64,000 nt of DNA, taken from an uncultured Candidatus Saccharibacteria bacterium (GTDB lineage: Bacteria; Patescibacteriota; Minisyncoccia; Portnoybacterales; UBA2143). The DNA lies in contig CAZJPW010000002.1 in the NCBI GenBank assembly GCA_964548405.1, positions 17 to 64,016 on the forward strand. Reading direction: 5' to 3'. The notes under the pieces were generated by a model that worked only from the letters and a program-made list of their open reading frames with translations, was not told where the DNA came from and did not search any database. The stretch's first letter is position 1. Each line of letters opens with the position of its first letter. The translations under genes and the position numbers were made by a program. Below, piece by piece: positions 58,317 to 64,000 of the stretch.

Positions 58317-60034
58317 TATTCTATCTCCTTTTGATAACACTTCTCACAATATACAATTTCTTTTCTATCTGGGGAATAAGTTGTTTGGAATTTAGTATTA
58401 CAGCCTTTTTTCATACATTGTCTGTTGTATAATTTCATTGGATTTCTCAATTTAATTCTATCCTGATGCCTGCATTCATGACATAATCTTGGAATAGGAA
58501 TGCCTTGTTTTTTATAAAACTTATACTCTCCTGGAATTAATCTGAATACTTTAGTCCCCTGACAATCTTTATTTTCACATTCTACTACCTCTTTTAATAT
58601 TTTATCATCTACATCCTTAATATCATCTGGAATGTCTTGAGCTTTAATTGTCGCCTTATACTCTGCCTCCGACTTACCATACCAATTAAATCCTTGTTCC
58701 TTAGCTTTATCTTCAGAAAGAGGGAAATATTCATTAGCTATGGTTTCATTATATCCAAAAGGACTTAATTCAGCTGGGAAAAACTCTCCGTATTTATATA
58801 CCCTCCCTTTTTTATCAACATATGGCATCTCATCCATATGTTTTTTAATTTTAGGAACTAATTCTTCATATTCTTTTTTAGTATATTGCTTGTTTAAAAT
58901 ACAATATTTTTTATGACGCAATCCAACACAACCAAAAAGATGATGAGAATTATTTGAACCAATAGTATATTCCATATCATACAAATTAATCATATGATCT
59001 TTAACACTCTTAGGTATATTCAGCCAACAAAATTTAGTTTGATACCCTCCACTTTCTTCAAGTTCATAACAAAGTTCGCCACCAGCAATAGCTATGTCAT
59101 AACATTCTTTACTAGGCATAAAAAGAATCATTTGACAGTAAGAACAATCTTCTAAATCTCTATTAATGAACGAATTTTGAACATTTTTACAATTGTTTAA
59201 GTAGTCTCCAGATACATCAATGCTTTTTCGACTATGCATAAACTTATTTGGAAATTTCATTTGGAATTCTTTAGCTTTTTTTTCTAAAGCTAAAATACTT
59301 TTATATGAACCAAGATTAAATTCTTTTAATTTTTCTTCATATTCTTTCTTAGAATAGGCTTTATTAAATATATGGTATTTTTTATGCCTTAAATTAACAC
59401 AGCCAAAACAATTCTGGCAATTAACTAAATTCTTAGAAAACCAAACATTAGAACATTCGTGACAATCAGTTGAAAAAAATACTTGATAACATTTAGCGCA
59501 ATCAAATAGGTTATATGAAAGTTCCACATCATTTACTTTAACCAAATCGTAGCTATCTAAAGACCCCGTAGTATCAATCGCATAAGCCACATTTTCAGAC
59601 ATGCCCGTATTAAAAACTAAATAACAGTTTTTAATATGACCTGTATTATTAGTAAAAGGACTATTAACCGAATCTAATTCAAATTTATGAGGAAATCCGA
59701 CTTGATGCAATAATTCTTCAATTTGTTTAAGAAGTGGCTTATTAAAATCATATTCCTTTCCATATTTCATAGCATCCATTTTATCAGACCACCAATATTT
59801 TCCATCATAAACTTTAAAAGGAAACTTAGGTGAAATACAGGCAAAAACCTCCTTATCAAGCCCTTCTACTTTTCTCTTGTAAAGAATCCGGCCACTTCTA
59901 AAAGCCAGTCGCCTTTGACTACGACAGCCAGGACACCAAGTTGGCTCCGGCGCATCTATCTTATGATAAAAATCACTATCCTCCGGAAAGATAGTGAATT
60001 CTTCATGACAGCTTTGACACTTCTTTTTTTTCAT
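58316..60034 (-). CDS. Cys-rich zinc-ribbon repeat protein, paralog 3
   Basis: Same architecture. Confidence 0.85.
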   Translation of the reverse strand: MKKKKCQSCHEEFTIFPEDSDFYHKIDAPEPTWCPGCRSQRRLAFRSGRILYKRKVEGLDKEVFACISPKFPFKVYDGKYWWSDKMDAMKYGKEYDFNKPLLKQIEELLHQVGFPHKFELDSVNSPFTNNTGHIKNCYLVFNTGMSENVAYAIDTTGSLDSYDLVKVNDVELSYNLFDCAKCYQVFFSTDCHECSNVWFSKNLVNCQNCFGCVNLRHKKYHIFNKAYSKKEYEEKLKEFNLGSYKSILALEKKAKEFQMKFPNKFMHSRKSIDVSGDYLNNCKNVQNSFINRDLEDCSYCQMILFMPSKECYDIAIAGGELCYELEESGGYQTKFCWLNIPKSVKDHMINLYDMEYTIGSNNSHHLFGCVGLRHKKYCILNKQYTKKEYEELVPKIKKHMDEMPYVDKKGRVYKYGEFFPAELSPFGYNETIANEYFPLSEDKAKEQGFNWYGKSEAEYKATIKAQDIPDDIKDVDDKILKEVVECENKDCQGTKVFRLIPGEYKFYKKQGIPIPRLCHECRHQDRIKLRNPMKLYNRQCMKKGCNTKFQTTYSPDRKEIVYCEKCYQKEIE

Positions 60035-60039
60035 AAATA

Positions 60040-61458
60040 TTAAACTAATGGTTCAGGATCTTTATCTTCTTCTTTAGATTTTTCAACTTTACCAGTTTTT
60101 TTAACCATTTCCTCTTCTTCTAATTTCTTTTTAACTTCTGCCAAAGGAAGAGCATATTTTTCTCTGCTTTGCTTAATAATTTCATCTTTAAACGATTTAT
60201 GATTAGGTGATAAAACTTTTAAGGTTTCAGCAGAAAAAGGATCAAAAGTTTCTCCATCAATAGTCATTTTAATGTAAAATTCTTGAATACCTAAATTAAT
60301 CATATCTTCAGCTCCAAAAACAGGTGTCATTTCTACAGCCATTCTAGCAGCATCATCTCCGCCAATTCTAAAAGTAACCATTGTTCCAATATTTCCTAAA
60401 ACTGTAGCTAAAACTCTTTCTAATAACTGAGCAATATATTGATGAGCGACAGTAATACATAACCCATATTTCCTTGATTCAGCAAATAGGTTTTCAAAAG
60501 TAGTCGTAACTAAGTTTTGAAACTCATCTACATAAAGATAGAAATCTTCCCTATCTTGTTCAGGCATTGAAGCTCTAGCCATACCAGCTTGATAAAGTTT
60601 AGTAATAAACATAGAGCCAAAGAAACTACTATTCTCTTCACCCAACTTTCCTTTAGAAAGAGAAATTAAAAGAATTTTCTTCTGATTCATAATTTCTTCT
60701 AAATCAATCTTATTTTCCTTCTGTCCAAAAATATTTCTTAACAAAGGATTAGATAGAAACTGACTTAACTTATTAACTAAAGGAATAATAGCTTCAGTAT
60801 CAAACTTTTCTGACCAATCAGCAAATTCAACTGCCCAGAATCTCTTAACCATATCATCTTCAATATAGTCAATTACTTTTTGACGATAATTCCTATCTGT
60901 TAAAATTTGAATCATACCTCTCATAGTTGCCTCTGGGTAATCAAGTAAAGCCAAAGTAGTAAATCTAAAAACATGTTCTAAGCGTGGCGTCCAGTTAGCT
61001 CCAAATTGTTTTTGTAAAACTTCTAATAAGCCTTGGGTAACCTGATGTTTTAAATCAGGGTCAATATTTGATAAAGGATTAAAAGAAATTGGAAAATCTG
61101 TATCCGAAGGATCTATAACAATAACATCATTAATTCTTTCTTTAGGAATAAATTTTAAAACATCTTCGATGAAATCTCCATGAGGATCAATTAAACAAAC
61201 TCCATGGCCATAAGCAATATCTTGACGGATAATTAATTCCATTAATTTACTTTTACCAACTCCACTTTTACCAACCATATACAAGTGCCTTCTGCGATCT
61301 GCTCTTTTCATACCAAAAATGAACTTCTTTTCTTCCAAAGCAGCTTCGTAATTAGTTCTTCCAAAAAAAGAACACTCTTCAGGATTAACTTTGCCGTAAA
61401 CAGGTAATTCTGGAGGAGGAGGCGCATATTTAATTTTACGAATTGTTCCTCTAGCCAT
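60040..61458 (-). CDS. VirD4/TraG-like (HerA/FtsK superfamily) ATPase without TM anchor
   Basis: GKSGVGKS, IDPHGD, LYVDEFQN, ESRKYGL, AHQ. Confidence 0.85.
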   Translation of the reverse strand: MARGTIRKIKYAPPPPELPVYGKVNPEECSFFGRTNYEAALEEKKFIFGMKRADRRRHLYMVGKSGVGKSKLMELIIRQDIAYGHGVCLIDPHGDFIEDVLKFIPKERINDVIVIDPSDTDFPISFNPLSNIDPDLKHQVTQGLLEVLQKQFGANWTPRLEHVFRFTTLALLDYPEATMRGMIQILTDRNYRQKVIDYIEDDMVKRFWAVEFADWSEKFDTEAIIPLVNKLSQFLSNPLLRNIFGQKENKIDLEEIMNQKKILLISLSKGKLGEENSSFFGSMFITKLYQAGMARASMPEQDREDFYLYVDEFQNLVTTTFENLFAESRKYGLCITVAHQYIAQLLERVLATVLGNIGTMVTFRIGGDDAARMAVEMTPVFGAEDMINLGIQEFYIKMTIDGETFDPFSAETLKVLSPNHKSFKDEIIKQSREKYALPLAEVKKKLEEEEMVKKTGKVEKSKEEDKDPEPLV

Positions 61459-61515
61459 AACAAAAGGGCAGTAATATACTACCTTTATTATATCTAAAAA
61501 CTAAAAATTAATCAA

Positions 61516-63228
61516 TTACCCTATTTCTTTGTTATAGCACTTTTCGCAGTAAATAATTTCCTTTCTCTCTGGAGAATAGGTTGTTTGGAATTTAACATTA
61601 CAACCTTCTTTCATGCATTGACGCTCCCATAATTCAAGAGGATTTCTTTGCTTAATGCGCTCAGTATAACGACAATTAGGACATAATCTAGGTAAAGATA
61701 AGTCATTCTTTTTTAGAAAATCATATTCTTGAGGAATAATCCGATATACGCCCGAACCAATACAATGATCATTAGCGCATTTTATTACTTCCTTTAAAAT
61801 TGATTTATCAATACTATCTACATCATCCGGTAAATCTAAAGCATTAATAGTAGGGCGATACTCTGATTTTAAATTTTTATACCAATTATATCCCTTCTCT
61901 TCAATTTGTTTTTTTGTTAATGGAAAATATTCACCGGCTATAGTCTTGTTATAACTAAAAACAGAAAATTCTATTGGAAAGAATTCTCCATATTTATAAA
62001 TTCTTCCTTTTTTATCTTTATAAGGCATATCATTCATATGCTGTTTAATTTTTGGAATTAATTCCTCATATTCCTTCTTGGTATATTGTTTGTTTAAAAT
62101 ACAATGCTTTTTATGCTTTAATCCAATACAACCAAAAAGATTGGATGAACTAAAACAACTATCTGAATATTCTATATTGTAGACATTTTCTAAAATATTT
62201 ATCGAAAATTTAATTTTACTAAGATTAATCCCGGCCGTAACACTTTCGTAAATCAAATTCGCTTTGTCTCCTCCATCAAAAATATCATAGCTATCTTTTA
62301 ATTTCTTACCACCAGCCCAAATATACTTACAGTTTTCCGCGCCGCCCTCTAAAAGATAAAAGGAATAATGACAATTTTTGGAATCTTTAATATCATTACC
62401 AGAAACATTAATTGAATTGTATATACGTGCGTATCTCCGCGGAAAGCCTATCTTAAATTCTTCGAATTTACTTTTTACCTTTTCAAAATTAATATAACTA
62501 TTAAGCCCGTATTTCTCTAACTCTTTTTGATATTCTTTTTTAGAATAGGGCTTATTAAAAATATGATATTTTTTGTGTCTTAAGTTAACACAGCCAAAAC
62601 AATTCTGGCAATTCTTGCAGTCATACAAAAAAGCAGAATCAATGCAATAATCGGAATGCTGACTAAAATAGACATTATAATTTCTATCGCAAAAAATATT
62701 TTCGTAGCATTTTTCACTCTTAATCAGCCAAAAATTATCAAAACAATTTTTAGAATCCCCAACTACTGAATAAGCACAATTTTCAGAATTATTGCCGGTG
62801 CATAAATAACAGTCCTTACAATTGTACGCTCCGGCACAATAATCACAGTTAACCGAACTTTTATTGTAATTATGAGGCCTTGGTATAGCTAATCTTAATT
62901 CTTTAAATTGTTCAAAAAAAGATTTACTAAAATCATACTCCCTTCCATATTCCATAGGATCCCATTTATCCGACCACCAAATCTTTTGATCATAGACTTT
63001 ATAAGGGCTATCTGGATGATAAATAGAAATTATTTCCTTACCTGAGAAATCACATTTTCTTTTATAAAGTTCTAAAAGATTCCAATGAACCATCCGTCTT
63101 TGCATTCTACAATCAGGACAAAAAGTAGGTTCTGGCACATCTATTTTTTTATAAAACTCAAAATCTTCTGGTTCAATAACGAACTTTGATTTACAATTTT
63201 GACATTGTTTTGTTTTAGATTCATCCAT
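61516..63228 (-). CDS. Cys-rich zinc-ribbon repeat protein, paralog 4
   Basis: Same architecture. Confidence 0.85.
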   Translation of the reverse strand: MDESKTKQCQNCKSKFVIEPEDFEFYKKIDVPEPTFCPDCRMQRRMVHWNLLELYKRKCDFSGKEIISIYHPDSPYKVYDQKIWWSDKWDPMEYGREYDFSKSFFEQFKELRLAIPRPHNYNKSSVNCDYCAGAYNCKDCYLCTGNNSENCAYSVVGDSKNCFDNFWLIKSEKCYENIFCDRNYNVYFSQHSDYCIDSAFLYDCKNCQNCFGCVNLRHKKYHIFNKPYSKKEYQKELEKYGLNSYINFEKVKSKFEEFKIGFPRRYARIYNSINVSGNDIKDSKNCHYSFYLLEGGAENCKYIWAGGKKLKDSYDIFDGGDKANLIYESVTAGINLSKIKFSINILENVYNIEYSDSCFSSSNLFGCIGLKHKKHCILNKQYTKKEYEELIPKIKQHMNDMPYKDKKGRIYKYGEFFPIEFSVFSYNKTIAGEYFPLTKKQIEEKGYNWYKNLKSEYRPTINALDLPDDVDSIDKSILKEVIKCANDHCIGSGVYRIIPQEYDFLKKNDLSLPRLCPNCRYTERIKQRNPLELWERQCMKEGCNVKFQTTYSPERKEIIYCEKCYNKEIG

Positions 63229-63231
63229 ATA

Positions 63232-63282
63232 TTGACTTGGATTTCTAATATGAAGTATAATATTGATAGTACTAAATTACAA
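63232..63282. promoter_or_regulatory. Overlapping divergent sigma70 promoters
   Basis: Plus TTGACT-18-TATAAT; minus TTGTAA-17-TATACT; the -10 boxes overlap at 63254-63261. Confidence 0.6.
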
Positions 63283-63299
63283 TGAGAGGGGGATATATC

Positions 63300-63458
63300 A
63301 TGGCACCGGAAAAAATACCTTACGAACTTCCAGCAATTGCTTTCACACTGGAAGACCTTCCATCTCAGACTGCTGCCTGGGGAGGTGGATCAATTTTTCT
63401 ACCTGAATCTGGCGGAGTCTCTCGACCCAAACTCAAAGACAAAACCATCGAAAAATAA
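63300..63458 (+). CDS. Unannotated 52-aa small protein
   Basis: MAPEKIPYELPAIAFTLEDLPSQTAAWGGGSIFLPESGGVSRPKLKDKTIEK; promoter, GAGAGGGGG SD and terminator all present. Confidence 0.65.
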   Translation: MAPEKIPYELPAIAFTLEDLPSQTAAWGGGSIFLPESGGVSRPKLKDKTIEK

Positions 63459-63476
63459 TTCTCGATGAACTGTCGC

Positions 63477-63521
63477 TACCGCTCTTGTGGATACTGAATT
63501 CGCACGAGCGGTATTTTTATT
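63477..63521 (+). terminator. Intrinsic terminator
   Basis: TACCGCTC...GAGCGGTA long stem plus T-tract. Confidence 0.75.
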
Positions 63522-63525
63522 CTCT

Positions 63526-64000
63526 TTATTCTACTTCTTTTTGATAACATTTTTCGCAATATATAATTTCTTTCCTATCTGGAGCATAGCTTGTTTGAAA
63601 TTTAACATCACAACCCTTTTTCATACATTGTCTTTCCCATAACTTTATTGGGTTTCTTTTACTTAATCTTTCTTTATATCGACAATCTGGACAAATTCTT
63701 GACAAAGGCAAATTCATTTTTTTGTAAAACCGATACTCTGACTCAATTATTCTAAAAACTCCAGAACTCTGACAAACACTACCTTCATTACCACACTCTA
63801 TAATCTCTTTCAAAATAGAACTATCTGTATCTTTGATATTATCTGGTAAATTCTCTACTTTAATAGTCGGCTTATGTTCTAATTTAGGACGATCAAGCCA
63901 AGTATATCCCTGTTCTAAAGCCTGCTCCTTTGTTAAAGGAAAGAATTCTTGATTAATAGTTTCGTTGTAGGCAAAAGGACTAAATTCAGCTGGATAAAAC
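63526..64000 (-). CDS. Cys-rich zinc-ribbon repeat protein, paralog 5 (3' part, runs off the window)
   Basis: Frame open to the edge: FYPAEFSPFAYNET...IIYCEKCYQKEVE. Confidence 0.85.
   Translation of the reverse strand, partial: FYPAEFSPFAYNETINQEFFPLTKEQALEQGYTWLDRPKLEHKPTIKVENLPDNIKDTDSSILKEIIECGNEGSVCQSSGVFRIIESEYRFYKKMNLPLSRICPDCRYKERLSKRNPIKLWERQCMKKGCDVKFQTSYAPDRKEIIYCEKCYQKEVE

Noticed and set aside
60040-61458. Conjugative element or ICE
   Set aside because: No relaxase, VirB4, mating-pair or integrase genes in the window
53550-64000. Diversity-generating retroelement or CRISPR-like origin of the repeated sequence
   Set aside because: No reverse transcriptase and no template/variable repeat pair with adenine-specific mismatches seen; the repeats are coding paralogs with synonymous differences
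1-64000. Alternative genetic code (TGA=Gly)
   Set aside because: Conserved genes are full length under code 11, and several end in TGA at ATGA overlaps

Overview
AT-rich bacterial chromosome segment, almost all on the minus strand, standard genetic code (TGA is used as stop). Gene content and style (short AlaRS, archaeal/eukaryal-type ProRS, K/E-extended S11, orphan VirD4-like ATPase, Cys-rich zinc-ribbon paralogs) suggest a Patescibacteria/CPR, probably Parcubacteria-like, genome; this is an inference. Contents: (1) a run of genes linking a group 3b [NiFe]-hydrogenase (hydBGDA), an inverted hypC, an EamA transporter, a DUF6390-like protein, trxB/glutaredoxin and a transaldolase-free pentose-phosphate/glycolysis block; (2) an RNase HII-O6-alkylguanine alkyltransferase fusion; (3) a cassette of ABC exporter, micro-ORFs, acyltransferase, acyl-reductase, methyltransferase and 7TM histidine kinase; (4) housekeeping genes (tgt, mutM, two mreB, proS, rseP, frr, holB, murA, infA-rpmJ-alpha operon-rplM-rpsI, alaS); (5) an FtsA-like/baseplate-J-like gene pair; (6) at least five Cys-rich paralogs with conserved ends and a variable core, interleaved with a VirD4-like ATPase, a Na+/solute symporter and an unannotated 52-aa gene. 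Also seen: a candidate ~195-nt structured ncRNA, many apparently leaderless promoters and a REP-like palindrome. No CRISPR array, tRNA, rRNA or transposase was recognised. All family calls come from motif recognition by eye, not from database searches.
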